Of a DNA stretch of 64,000 bases, positions 41,020 through 53,289 are shown one piece after another. How positions within the stretch are numbered: position 1 is the first letter of the stretch; every line of letters begins with the position of its first letter. The stretch is taken from the NCBI GenBank assembly GCA_027339965.1, contig DAHWNL010000021.1, positions 1 through 64,000 of the forward strand. Direction: 5' to 3'. Origin of the DNA: Granulicella sp. (GTDB lineage: Bacteria; Acidobacteriota; Terriglobia; Terriglobales; Acidobacteriaceae). Both the position numbers and the translations under genes were made by a program. The notes under the pieces were generated by a model. It was given only the letters and a program-made list of their open reading frames with translations, was not told where the DNA came from and did no database searches.

Positions 41020-42461
41020 TTCAAAGAGCGATTCTTGGACCGGCCCGTCTGCGAACCCGGCTGACCCTTTGGTACACCTCCGTCTTCGGCGCGATTCTGC
41101 TGGTCTTCATCGCCGTGGCCACCTTGCTGCTACGGTGGCAGCTCTTCTCGGAGCTGCTTCGCTATGAGGTTCAGGACATGGAGACCGCCGAAGGATTGCT
41201 CTATTTCACTCCCACCGGCGCGCTTACCATCGACGAAAGGTATCACAACAGCCTGCAAGGCGAGATGCGAGTGCATCGGCTGTTGCAGGTCACGACCCCC
41301 GAGGGGCGCATTCTCTTTCGCAATCCGCGGCTCGCCGGCCTTCCGTTAGGCGGAGCGCCCTTTCCGCGCGAGGGGCTCCACGTCTACGATCCGCGCACCA
41401 TTCGCCTTGCCAATGGCGTGCCTGTGCTGCTCATCAGTCACATGCACTCCATCAACGGCAGGCCGTTGCTGATTCGCATCGGCTACAGTCTGCTCCCGGT
41501 GGAGGAGCAGGTCCGCAGGTCGCGGGACATCCTTGTACTGGCGTTCTTTCCCACCCTGCTGCTGGCGGGCGTTGGGATCTACCGGCTAACGCTCAAGGCG
41601 CTGCTGCCGTTGGAGAAGATGGCGACGGCGGCAGAGCAAATTACCGCGGATCAACTAAGCCGGCGGCTGGCGGTAGAGAATCCCAGTGATGAACTGGGGC
41701 ACATGGCCCGTGTCCTGAATGGATTGCTGGCGCGCCTGGAGGCTTCCTTTGAGCAGCTCAAGCGTTTCACCGCGGACGCTTCCCATGAGTTGCGCACGCC
41801 GCTGGCCTGCTTGCGAGCCGCGGGCGAGGTAGCGCTGGAGAAGCATCGCAGCCCGGAGGAGTATCGCGAGACGGTCGGAAGCATGCTGGAAGAGGTGATG
41901 CGGCTAACGCACCTGGTAGACCGGCTGCTGCTGATCTCTCGAGCGGACGCCGGCCAGATTCCGTTGAACAAAACCACCTTCTGTTGGATGGATCTGGCGC
42001 AGGAGGCCGTAGCGCTCGTTGGAGTTCTGGCCGACGAGAGGCGGCAGAGGATAGACATCTCCGGCGATCCCTCCATCCAGGTATATGCTGACCGGTATGT
42101 CCTCCGGCATGCCATGCTCAACCTGCTGGAGAACGCGGTGAAGTACTCTCCGGAGGGGTCTCCGATTGCTCTACACCTGAGCCGATGCGCAGATCGAATG
42201 GCGGAGTTTTCAGTCATCGATCAAGGACCGGGGGTTCCCGAGGAGGATCGCGAGAGGATCTTCGATCGCTTCTTCCGCAGCGATCCAGGGCGGGCGCGAG
42301 ATGCGGGCGGGGATGGGCTGGGCCTGGCGATTGCCAGATGGGCTGTGGGCGCGAATGGCGGCAGGCTCGGTTTAACCGCCATGGAGACGCGGGGCAGCCG
42401 TTTCTTTATTCAGTTACCCACCCACGACGCATCGCCTGACGCTGGGATGGCAGGGGGCTGA
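41016..42461 (+). CDS. Sensor histidine kinase (CusS-like)
   Basis: Two TM segments, HAMP, H-box 'FTADASHELRTPL', N/G boxes 'NLLENAVKYS', 'DQGPG', 'GLGLAI'. Confidence 0.93.
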   Translation: MIQRAILGPARLRTRLTLWYTSVFGAILLVFIAVATLLLRWQLFSELLRYEVQDMETAEGLLYFTPTGALTIDERYHNSLQGEMRVHRLLQVTTPEGRILFRNPRLAGLPLGGAPFPREGLHVYDPRTIRLANGVPVLLISHMHSINGRPLLIRIGYSLLPVEEQVRRSRDILVLAFFPTLLLAGVGIYRLTLKALLPLEKMATAAEQITADQLSRRLAVENPSDELGHMARVLNGLLARLEASFEQLKRFTADASHELRTPLACLRAAGEVALEKHRSPEEYRETVGSMLEEVMRLTHLVDRLLLISRADAGQIPLNKTTFCWMDLAQEAVALVGVLADERRQRIDISGDPSIQVYADRYVLRHAMLNLLENAVKYSPEGSPIALHLSRCADRMAEFSVIDQGPGVPEEDRERIFDRFFRSDPGRARDAGGDGLGLAIARWAVGANGGRLGLTAMETRGSRFFIQLPTHDASPDAGMAGG

Positions 42462-42466
42462 GGCCG

Positions 42467-43504
42467 CTAAGGCCGCGCTCGTCCCCTGGCGGCCGGCGTT
42501 TGAGGGCGGCCAACGTACGGCTTTGTTCGCATCTCACGGAACAAACGTTCCATCTTCAACCTCCCAGAGCCGCTGCGAGGCCTTTGCATGGCCACCGCGC
42601 GAGCGTAGGCGGCTCGCGCGGTGGAGGCGAGTTGACGAAGCGCCGAACCGAGGGGCGAGCGATGCCGCCATACCAGCGCGATGGTCCTTCGTGGCGCAGG
42701 CTGCTTGAAGCGCCGGATCGACAAAGAAGCGCGCTTCACCTCGGTTGCCACTGCAAGCTCGGGCAGCAGCGTCACGCCTGCTCCACCGGCGACCATTTGC
42801 GCGAGCGTCGAAAGACTGGTGGCTCGAAACTCGAGCTCGTGAGCCTTTGTATGGGAGCAGTATGCGAGAGCCTGCTCGCGGAAGCAGTGTCCCTCGTCCA
42901 GAAGCAGCACGCACGCATTTGTCAGCTCCGCAGGCTCTACGGAGCAGTGCCTGGATCCAAGAGGATGACCTTTGGGCGTGGCGAGCACGAAGGAGTCCGA
43001 GCCGATGATCTCGTAATCGACATCGCCGATGTCCGCCTCCAGCGCCATCAGCGCGGCGTCGATCCTGCCGCTGTCGAGGCTGCTTACCAGGTTTACCGAC
43101 TTATCCTCCACCCAGAGCGTGGTGAGGCACGGATAGCCTTTGTGGAGTGCCGCGGTGATCCATGGCACCAGATAAGGAGAGATCGTCGGGATGACACCAA
43201 TCCGCAGGGCGCCGGAGAGCGGATCCGCATTCCAGCGCGCCACCTGGAGGAGGTCGTCGGCTTCGTGCAGAAGAAGCTGCACACGTTCCAGAATCTCACG
43301 GCCGGCAGCCGTAACCAGGACGCGCCGCCGGTCACGCTCGAACAGGGCCACTCCCAGGGCTTCTTCCATCTGTGCAAGCTGGGCGCTCAGGGCGGGCTGC
43401 GATACATGGCACTGTTCCGCAGCCCTGCGGAAACTGAGTGACTCCGCGACGGCGGCGGCGTACTGTAGCTGCCGCAGCGTGAAGGGATAAGGTTCGAGCT
43501 TCAT
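42467..43504 (-). CDS. oxyR: Hydrogen-peroxide-sensing LysR regulator OxyR
   Basis: LysR HTH; 'LLDEGHCFREQALAYC' retains both redox cysteines; divergent from katG. Confidence 0.9.
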   Translation of the reverse strand: MKLEPYPFTLRQLQYAAAVAESLSFRRAAEQCHVSQPALSAQLAQMEEALGVALFERDRRRVLVTAAGREILERVQLLLHEADDLLQVARWNADPLSGALRIGVIPTISPYLVPWITAALHKGYPCLTTLWVEDKSVNLVSSLDSGRIDAALMALEADIGDVDYEIIGSDSFVLATPKGHPLGSRHCSVEPAELTNACVLLLDEGHCFREQALAYCSHTKAHELEFRATSLSTLAQMVAGGAGVTLLPELAVATEVKRASLSIRRFKQPAPRRTIALVWRHRSPLGSALRQLASTARAAYARAVAMQRPRSGSGRLKMERLFREMRTKPYVGRPQTPAARGRARP

Positions 43505-43539
43505 AACCAAAAACTATCACCTTTATGCAAAAACTGTCT
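43503..43539. promoter_or_regulatory. Candidate OxyR-binding site
   Basis: ATAA-N7-CTAT-N7-ATGC, partial match to ATAG-N7-CTAT-N7-ATAG-N7-CTAT; overlaps the oxyR start codon. Confidence 0.55.
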
Positions 43540-43577
43540 TGGACATATCACGCCGGATTTGACACATTGAAGATTGA

Positions 43578-45788
<2,211 letters not shown>

Positions 45789-46071
45789 GGTGGAAAGCGG
45801 CTACATTTTCCCTTCCAGCGGGGCCTCAACCGGGTGCCAGATTGTCGACTTGGGGACGGTTGAGGCTACGCAAGATGATTCGGACGAGACGCCGAAAGAG
45901 GAGCCGGAAGAGGACCCGAAAGAGGAGCGGCAGCTTTGTCTGGCTGGATCGGCTGTTGCCTTCAAATAGGGTAGTGCACGCAGCCGCTGCGCGTTCTGGC
46001 GAAGATCATGGCGCCAGAAGCGCCTTTGCCCAAAGGGGGCTGGGGCGCAGGTTTGCGCCAGCGCGGCAGGG

Positions 46072-47502
46072 CTAGCAAACGCGGGCGAAGCCGATTCCCA
46101 GCAGCTTGGCCAGTTTTTCAAGCGTACTGGCGAGATGTCCCAGGCCTACGGCGCAGTGATGTGCCGGTCCATGAAGATTCCACTTGTCGACAAAGCTGCG
46201 CGCGCCGATGGGGAACTGATAGCGGCTGTTGGTGTTGCCGATGCGCAGAATCTCTCCCGCGACGCATTCTCCTTCAGCCACCACCAGCTTGAATCTATCT
46301 CGCTCATCCTCAGCAATAGAGAGCAGAGTGACCGGTCCATATCGAACGGACATTTCAACCGAAAGGCCTCGGCCAACCTTGCCGTGGTACACCTGCAGGG
46401 GCCGTATCTTGGTTTTGCCTTCAGCGATTGCAAGATGCCCAGGTCCGTCATGGCCCATCAGGACGATATCGGCGTCATAATCCAGCGCGTAGTACTCGGT
46501 AAAAGACCCTCCCGCGCCCAGGGCATCCATGATCTTCATCGCCATGACGTTCTTCACCTCATACTCGCCGGCGACCGGAGTGTGTTGGCTGGTGAGCAGG
46601 GAAGTTCCTACGATGATTGAGCTCATTGTGTCTTGGTTCTCGATGTTCCCGCTTCCCTTGTAGTAGTAGGCCAGCATGCCCAAACTGTGTTGCCGGACCA
46701 GATCATCGAGGGCGACTGAGGTTCGCGCCGCGCGCACCAGCTCGTTCTCCGGGCAGTCCTGCTGCACATCAAAGTTTGCGCGGATATTCTTGAGCCGGGT
46801 TGCGGTTTCTTCCTGGGATACCGCGGCTCGGAGCGCGCTCAACTCATCCACCTCAAGGATCTCGACGTGAGTCCCAAAGGTGACGCTGACCTGGGTTACA
46901 TCGGTCATTACGTCCAGCATTCCGCTGTAGTAGTGGCCGAGCAGACCCAAGTTTGCTTCCGCCAGAACGGACTTTACCTTGGCCGCAGCGAGCCACTCGG
47001 CGATCTCATCCCACGTTTGGCCGTCGTCCAGGACGCCGGCCACCTGGTGAAATGGGATCCTGGCGCGCTGGAAGACGTTGGCAATCTCCGGCACGGGACA
47101 GGCCGAGCAATAGGCGAGCCACGCTCCGGTCATCGCCTCGCGATTGGGAAGCTGGTTGAATGCCCGGTAGTCGATCGCTGTTTTCGGCTGCAAGTTCAGT
47201 ATGACCACGGGGATGCCGGCCCGTTGCACCAGAGGAAGAACCGTATTGGAGAGAGCATAGGTGGTGACATAGATCAACAAGAGATCGATATCGGCTCTGC
47301 GGCATTGCCGGCTTGCCTCGCGGGCTGCATTCGCGGTATCGATCAAGCCCAGCTCGATCAGCTCAACTCCCGGCTGGGAAAGTTTCGCGGTGACCAACCG
47401 TAGATAGCCTTCAAGCTCCGGACGAAGGTTTTCAAACTGCTCCCAGTAGGCCTGAATTCCGATGCCACAGAGAGCGACTCGAAGCTGATGGTGTGCCGTC
47501 AC
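46072..47502 (-). CDS. L-fucose/L-arabinose isomerase family protein
   Basis: 'GHYYSGMLD', 'PVAGEYE', 'LMGHDGPGH', 'IGNTNSR', 'GPAHHCAVG'; RBS AGGAG before GTG. Confidence 0.88.
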   Translation of the reverse strand: MTAHHQLRVALCGIGIQAYWEQFENLRPELEGYLRLVTAKLSQPGVELIELGLIDTANAAREASRQCRRADIDLLLIYVTTYALSNTVLPLVQRAGIPVVILNLQPKTAIDYRAFNQLPNREAMTGAWLAYCSACPVPEIANVFQRARIPFHQVAGVLDDGQTWDEIAEWLAAAKVKSVLAEANLGLLGHYYSGMLDVMTDVTQVSVTFGTHVEILEVDELSALRAAVSQEETATRLKNIRANFDVQQDCPENELVRAARTSVALDDLVRQHSLGMLAYYYKGSGNIENQDTMSSIIVGTSLLTSQHTPVAGEYEVKNVMAMKIMDALGAGGSFTEYYALDYDADIVLMGHDGPGHLAIAEGKTKIRPLQVYHGKVGRGLSVEMSVRYGPVTLLSIAEDERDRFKLVVAEGECVAGEILRIGNTNSRYQFPIGARSFVDKWNLHGPAHHCAVGLGHLASTLEKLAKLLGIGFARVC

Positions 47503-47602
47503 AATGCTCCTAGCTTGGTACCAGGTGAAGCCGACACGGAAGGGATTCTGCTCAAGCGCCGCTCCCCGCTTCCGCGCGATGGAGAGAATAGCTCATCGGA
47601 AG

Positions 47603-49165
47603 CTATTTTTCGATCACCACCGACACGGCGAAGGGACGCAGAGTGAGGGAGGTTCCCTGCAGATTCGTCGTGCTCCAACTACCTTCTCCTGTAGAAGGAT
47701 CGACGGTTTCCACCTGAGCTCCGGCGGCGTCAGAGGTCAACTTCACCTGAATGTCGCGATCTCGCTTGTTGATGATGAGCAGCTTCTTTCCGTCGCGGGT
47801 CTGGAATGCCTGGGCTGCGATGGCACGGTCTGAGCCGCTGGTCTCCACCATCGCATCACCGAGCGAGAAGTTATCCTTGAGAAGCTTCAAGACCCAGTAA
47901 CGCGCATTGGGCTCGCCTGTATTCCAGTCGATCATGGACACGCTGGGAAACTGCGTGGGGTAGCCCACCAGTTGAGATTCACCGATCACGTCAACGCCTT
48001 CCTTCGCCAGACCGATATACAAGTAGGCATACAGAGCGCCGGCCAGGTTCCAGTATTTTTTAGGAATCCGGCTGCGAATCTGCTCGGCTGTTTCTCCGGT
48101 CCGGTTATCGTTGGGCAGGATGACGCCCAGCTCATCGGTATCCGTCTTCGTCTCTGGAGAAAGCCGCGCACGAATGGCCTGAATGAAATGGACTCGGTCT
48201 AGAAACCCGTCCGCTTGATCGAAGAAGGTATATTGCCAGTCGTCTATCGTCTGGCTCGGGGTGGTTCCCGCATAAAAGTGATAGGAGATGAAGTCCAGAG
48301 GGATTCCGGGACGGTGGTGGGCGTGATTCAAGAAGTACTCAAACCATTGCGGATCGCGGGGTGAGGCAAGAGCGAGTCCGACAAACTTCATCTTGGGGTC
48401 GACTTTCAGGATGGCTGCGGCGATCGCGTCGTATCGCCGGGTGTACTGCTGCGGGGTCATGGAGTGCTCGGCATCCACCTCATTGAGCACCTCCCAGTAG
48501 GGGATCTCGTAATGATAGGGGGATTTGCGGAGGACGCCGTGTTCGTCGGTGAATCCGCCGCGGGTGTACCAGCTTACCAGCCGCGCGTAATAGTCGCCGA
48601 GCTCCTTCATGCTGGGATCGCGCAGATGGGTCCCCTGCTCGTAGTTCCAGTCCACACGGTCAGGATCCGTGGGGTAGGGGACCGTCTCTGGAGTCTTGAA
48701 CATCCATTGCGGAATGGTGCTGAAGTTGACGATTACGGAGTTCCCCGCCGTTGCCGCCATGAAGTCCTCCATCATCGGGTCAATCAGGCGGAAGTTCCAG
48801 GAGGTCGAGGTGGCTGTGGGCGGCTTCAACTCTGCGACCGCCAGCCGAGGATAAGGCAGCCATGGGACGTAGCGGACATAACCGGCCTGCATGCGTTTGA
48901 GTGCTGCAAATGTCTGATCGTGGATCTTGGAGCCGCGGCGCAGCATGGGATTGACCACGACTTGCAGCGTCGGCGTCGACCGCAGGGTCGTCACCGGGTA
49001 GTTCCACTGCGCTTGCACTCGTACAGGGTGCGGCGAAGTGACGGCAGGGCTGCTTTGAGGGTTGGCAGCCGCCTCTCCCTGAGAGATGGCCAGCGGGGAA
49101 CATCTGGAGAGCGGCGTGACCCCGAAGAGGAGCGAAGCCAAGATCAAAATCCAAACAGAGCGCAC
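47603..49165 (-). CDS. Secreted glycoside hydrolase (GH39-like, clan A)
   Basis: 'YWEVLNEVD' acid/base motif; 'LDFISYHFY'; 'TDELG' nucleophile; signal peptide; RBS GGAGG before GTG. Confidence 0.78.
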   Translation of the reverse strand: MRSVWILILASLLFGVTPLSRCSPLAISQGEAAANPQSSPAVTSPHPVRVQAQWNYPVTTLRSTPTLQVVVNPMLRRGSKIHDQTFAALKRMQAGYVRYVPWLPYPRLAVAELKPPTATSTSWNFRLIDPMMEDFMAATAGNSVIVNFSTIPQWMFKTPETVPYPTDPDRVDWNYEQGTHLRDPSMKELGDYYARLVSWYTRGGFTDEHGVLRKSPYHYEIPYWEVLNEVDAEHSMTPQQYTRRYDAIAAAILKVDPKMKFVGLALASPRDPQWFEYFLNHAHHRPGIPLDFISYHFYAGTTPSQTIDDWQYTFFDQADGFLDRVHFIQAIRARLSPETKTDTDELGVILPNDNRTGETAEQIRSRIPKKYWNLAGALYAYLYIGLAKEGVDVIGESQLVGYPTQFPSVSMIDWNTGEPNARYWVLKLLKDNFSLGDAMVETSGSDRAIAAQAFQTRDGKKLLIINKRDRDIQVKLTSDAAGAQVETVDPSTGEGSWSTTNLQGTSLTLRPFAVSVVIEK

Positions 49166-49321
49166 AGCATACCTCCGTGAAGCATCGTTGGGCACAACCA
49201 TGATATGAAAAATAATGCTGTTTGCGCACCTCAAACCCTGTTCGGATAGCATCTACTCCTAATAGGGCGGTAAGCGGTCGGCTTGCCTGCTCTCAATCTT
49301 CCTGCGATAGAGGAGTTTTTG

Positions 49322-50716
49322 GTGACTGAGACCCATTCCGATGCACTGGTGTTTTTTGGCGCAACCGGGGATCTGGCGTACAAGAAGATCTTTCCCGCCC
49401 TGCAAGCGATGGTGAAACGAGGCGCGCTGGCTGTACCGGTGATTGGCGTCGCCAAGGCAGGGTGGAACCTGGATCAACTCAAGGACCGGGCCAAGGACAG
49501 CCTGGAAAAGCATGGCGGGTTGGATGCGGCCGCCTGGGAGAGATTGAGTTCGCTTCTACGTTATGTGGACGGCGACTATGCGGATCCGGCGACCTTTGCG
49601 GCGGTGCGCAAAGAGCTGGGCGGCGCTCAGCATCCGGCGCACTATCTGGCGATTCCGCCCTCATTGTTTGAGAAGGTAGTGGATCAGCTAATGCATTCCG
49701 GGTCTGCCAAGGGGGCGAGGATGATTGTGGAAAAGCCCTTTGGCCACGATCTGGCCTCCGCTCAGGAGCTGAACCATATTTTGTTGCGGGCGTTTCCAGA
49801 GCGGTCCATCTTCCGAATCGACCACTATCTGGCCAAGGATCCGGTGCAAAGCATGGTCTCGTTCCGTTTCGCGAACTCCTTTCTGGAGCCGCTATGGAAT
49901 CGTGACCATATTGACAGCGTGCAGATCACCATGGCGGAGAGTTTTGGGGTCCAGGGACGGGGCGCGTTCTACGACCAGACCGGCGCGATGCGGGATGTGA
50001 TCCAGAACCATCTGTTCCAGTTGATGTGCAATCTGGCCATGGAGTCGCCGGCGCGCAAGGACAGCGAGTCTATACGAGATGAGAAGGTGAAGGTTCTGAA
50101 GGCGATCTCTCCCATCGGGCCGGGGAACCTGGTGCGCGGTCAGTTCCGCGGGTATGAGGATGAGCCGGGGGTGGCCAAGGGATCCAGGACGGAGACGTTT
50201 GCAGCCTTGCGTTTGGAGATCTCCTCCTGGAGATGGTCGGGGGTTCCGTTTTATATCCGCGCGGGCAAGAACCTCCCGGAGACCTGCACCGAAGTGATGA
50301 CGCGCTTCAAGCGTCCACCGATGACCAAGTTCTCTGAGGGCGAGATGCCACAAAATTACATACGGTTCCGAATCAGCCCGGACTCAACCATTGCGATGGG
50401 TGTCTCTGTAGCGGTGGCTGGAGATGACTCCCGGCGGAAACCCACCGAGTTGGTTGCCAGCAGCGAGCCTTACCCGGAAGACATGGAGCCGTACGAGCGT
50501 GTATTGACCGATGCGCTGATAGGAGATTCGAGCATCTTTGCGCGCCAGGATTACGTGGAGGAAGCGTGGAGGATTGTGGACCCGGTGCTCAGGGACGGAA
50601 CCCCGGTGCACCCGTACGAGGTGCACTCGTGGGGGCCGCCGGAGGCGATGAAGCTGGCGCCTCCGGGGGGATGGGTGGATCCGTTGCTCGGTGCTTGCAT
50701 TCCGGCGGGCGCTTAG
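49322..50716 (+). CDS. zwf: Glucose-6-phosphate 1-dehydrogenase
   Basis: 'FFGATGDLA', 'VEKPFG', 'RIDHYL', 'RDVIQNHL', '[12 protein letters not shown]'; RBS GAGGAG. Confidence 0.95.
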   Translation: MTETHSDALVFFGATGDLAYKKIFPALQAMVKRGALAVPVIGVAKAGWNLDQLKDRAKDSLEKHGGLDAAAWERLSSLLRYVDGDYADPATFAAVRKELGGAQHPAHYLAIPPSLFEKVVDQLMHSGSAKGARMIVEKPFGHDLASAQELNHILLRAFPERSIFRIDHYLAKDPVQSMVSFRFANSFLEPLWNRDHIDSVQITMAESFGVQGRGAFYDQTGAMRDVIQNHLFQLMCNLAMESPARKDSESIRDEKVKVLKAISPIGPGNLVRGQFRGYEDEPGVAKGSRTETFAALRLEISSWRWSGVPFYIRAGKNLPETCTEVMTRFKRPPMTKFSEGEMPQNYIRFRISPDSTIAMGVSVAVAGDDSRRKPTELVASSEPYPEDMEPYERVLTDALIGDSSIFARQDYVEEAWRIVDPVLRDGTPVHPYEVHSWGPPEAMKLAPPGGWVDPLLGACIPAGA

Positions 50717-50752
50717 ATCCGTTGGGCGCAAACCTTGCGCTCCGAAAAGCTC

Positions 50753-51598
50753 TTACAGGCTGCCCAGGGAAAAGTAGTCCCGCAGAGCGATGATGAACCA
50801 GAGAACCGGCGCTGCGACCAGGAGGGCATCGATGCGGTCCAGCACGCCGCCGTGGCCAGGGAGCATGGAGCCGGAGTCCTTGACTCCGGCTCCCCGCTTA
50901 AGGGCTGACTCGAGCAGGTCGCCGAACTGGGCGGCTGCGTTGAGCAGCACGGCGAGCAGGAGGAAGATCCACCAGCGTTCTGTGGTGTGAAGCCGGGTAA
51001 AGCTGGAGTTCTGTTGGGTGAGCCAATCCCCCAGCAGAACCAGGCCCATGCCGAAGAGGCAGGAGGCCGTCAGCGAGGCGATGGCGCCCTCCCATGTCTT
51101 GTTGGGCGAGAGGCGGGGCGCAAATTTGTGGCTACCAAAGCGTCTGCCGACATAGAGCGCGGCGACATCCCCTGACCACACACAGAGAAAGAGGAAGAGC
51201 AGCAGCGCGGTGCCGTTCTCTTGATTGAGAATCTCCGGCAGAAGAGCCAGAGGATAGGCGATATAGATCACCAGAAGGAGGCCTGCGGAGGTTTGCCAAA
51301 GGACATGCTCCAATTTGGTGCGGAATGCCGCAACCGCGAAGAGCACCAGGGTAAGGAAGGCCACCACCGTGAGCCTGTCGGAAGGGTGGAAGAAGACGCA
51401 GAGGAAATAACAGGCTACGGCACAGAGAGACCACCAGAGCGGTATGGGGCATCCGCCGGCGGCAGCGAAGGTTCGGAACTCTGAAGCGGCCAAGCCGGCG
51501 ACGATGGCCGCCAGGAGGGTGACCATCCATAGCTTGCCAAAGAAGATCAGCGCCAGGACACAGGCAATGAGGACAACAGCGGTGAGGATGCGCTTCAT
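50753..51598 (-). CDS. cdsA: Phosphatidate cytidylyltransferase
   Basis: 'SPNKTWEG', 'GDLLESALKRGAGVKDSG..LPGHGGVLDRID'. Confidence 0.96.
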   Translation of the reverse strand: MKRILTAVVLIACVLALIFFGKLWMVTLLAAIVAGLAASEFRTFAAAGGCPIPLWWSLCAVACYFLCVFFHPSDRLTVVAFLTLVLFAVAAFRTKLEHVLWQTSAGLLLVIYIAYPLALLPEILNQENGTALLLFLFLCVWSGDVAALYVGRRFGSHKFAPRLSPNKTWEGAIASLTASCLFGMGLVLLGDWLTQQNSSFTRLHTTERWWIFLLLAVLLNAAAQFGDLLESALKRGAGVKDSGSMLPGHGGVLDRIDALLVAAPVLWFIIALRDYFSLGSL

Positions 51599-51715
51599 GA
51601 TTCTTGTTGAGGATACACGGTTTACCGGATCTTCCGCGCGAATGAGCGCCCAGCGGCGCAGACGATGGAATCGGCCGCCCGGGGGCCGCTTCCTTGGAGG
51701 GACGCCCGTGGGCTA

Positions 51716-52879
51716 CTAATAGGCGGCAATGGAAAGATTGGTGTCAGCGTTGGTCCAGGCGGTGGACGTGAAGGTGGCGACGGGCGCGATGTTGCCGTCG
51801 CCCTGGGTGGAGAACTTGAGAACCGTGGGGTTGGCTGTGCTGCCGCAGGTGGCGGTGGAGACCACGTAGAGATAACCCTCGTTATCCAACGCGATACCGC
51901 CTACGCAACCCAGTTGCGTGTTGCTGCCGGTGATGTCGCGCAGGGGAGAGGCATTGCCGGTGGCGCCGGGAGCGAAGATCAGGATGCTGGAGACCCCGGA
52001 GACGACGTTGGTGACGTAAAGGTTGCCGGCTGGGTCCGTGGCCATGCCCCGGGGAGTTCCAAAGGAGAGCGTGGTGAGGGCGCCGCTGAGGGTGCGCGAC
52101 GGCGCGACGCTGCCTGTGGCTCCCGGAGCGAAAACCACAATCGGCGCTGTGGGAGCCGGAGCGGATATATCCGGAGACGCCGTGTCGGCGACGTACAGAT
52201 TGCCTTTGCGGTCGACCGCCGGGGCGTAAGGAAGTTCAAGTGTGGTTACATCCGCTGCCTGGGTGCCGATGGGAAGAAGAAGGTCTGGGGCGACTGAGCC
52301 ATTCTGCGAGTAGCCGAAACCTGCGACGCCGTAGCCAAATCCGGCCGCATAGATGTCGCCGGCCGCATCCACGGCCAGGCCATTGATGCCGGTGAGCCCG
52401 GTGGTGGAGTTGAAGGGAATATCTCCAATGGGCTGCGCGTTGTTGGAGGAGCCAACGGGGAACTCAAGGATGGCGCTTCCGCTGGAGCCCTCGGCCGCGC
52501 TGGTATAGATATCCCCGTAGCCATCGACGGCCAGGTAGGCCAAAGATGTGGTCTTCGAGTTCTCAATGGTGGAGAGCGGGGCTGTGACTCCTGAGGAGGA
52601 TGTGGAGAACTGCAAGATCTCCCCCGAGGCGGCCGTGCTGCCGGAGGCGGCATTGTTCTGGATCACGTAGACGCCCACGGCAGGTGCTGCGTGGATATTG
52701 CCGAAGGTCGTGCCATCGCTGGAGCAGCCGGCGAGAGGCAGAACCAAGCCTGCGAGCAGCAGGCCCACAGATTGCGGTCGAAGCGCGGAGGCCAGCCATG
52801 GTTTGAAGGCGAAACAGGCTCGAAGTGGCCAAGAAGAGCCGAGTGGGGGCTGCGCAGCGTTGAATACGGATCGGTTCAT
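51716..52879 (-). CDS. NHL-repeat (beta-propeller) lipoprotein
   Basis: Lipobox LAGC; repeats 'AVD..G.IY/LYV' and 'VFAPGATG.VAP.R.'; RBS AAGGAGG. Confidence 0.8.
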   Translation of the reverse strand: MNRSVFNAAQPPLGSSWPLRACFAFKPWLASALRPQSVGLLLAGLVLPLAGCSSDGTTFGNIHAAPAVGVYVIQNNAASGSTAASGEILQFSTSSSGVTAPLSTIENSKTTSLAYLAVDGYGDIYTSAAEGSSGSAILEFPVGSSNNAQPIGDIPFNSTTGLTGINGLAVDAAGDIYAAGFGYGVAGFGYSQNGSVAPDLLLPIGTQAADVTTLELPYAPAVDRKGNLYVADTASPDISAPAPTAPIVVFAPGATGSVAPSRTLSGALTTLSFGTPRGMATDPAGNLYVTNVVSGVSSILIFAPGATGNASPLRDITGSNTQLGCVGGIALDNEGYLYVVSTATCGSTANPTVLKFSTQGDGNIAPVATFTSTAWTNADTNLSIAAY

Positions 52880-53171
52880 GCCGCCTCCTTGGAGGAGTTC
52901 CAGCGAGAACGTTCAGGGCTGGTTCCCAGCCGGTGTCCTGAGGCCTTCGATCGCTCTCCGAGCGTCTTTCCTTCCCAGAGATCTTCACGGGCTGTCGGCA
53001 CCGCGGGGAAGAGGCTTAGGGAACGAAGCTGGGGTTAGTTCCTCGTTGAACTCTTATTTAAGCACACCTTCAGGAAGTGGGGATACGGAATCTGCGGGTG
53101 TAAGCCGCGAGGGAACAGGGTCATACTCTCAGCCGCGCTTCGGTCCTACAGGATAGGGGGTGTACCTTGCT

Positions 53172-53289
53172 CTGTAGCATTTTCAGTGTTGCTGGGTACA
53201 CCGGAGAGGGCGTGCAGTGGCGTTTTCATTGGGGAAAACGCCCATGGAGGTCGAGGCGTCGCGTTACACCTGCACTGGAAATGGTTTAG
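53172..53289 (-). repeat. ~118-bp palindromic MITE-like dispersed repeat, copy 2
   Basis: About 94% identical to 10240-10356; its terminal CTAA contains the uppS TAA stop codon. Confidence 0.9.

Noticed and set aside
45892..45927. 12-bp tandem repeat CCGAAAGAGGAG x3 after katG
   Set aside because: Short low-complexity duplication with no credible ORF or function.
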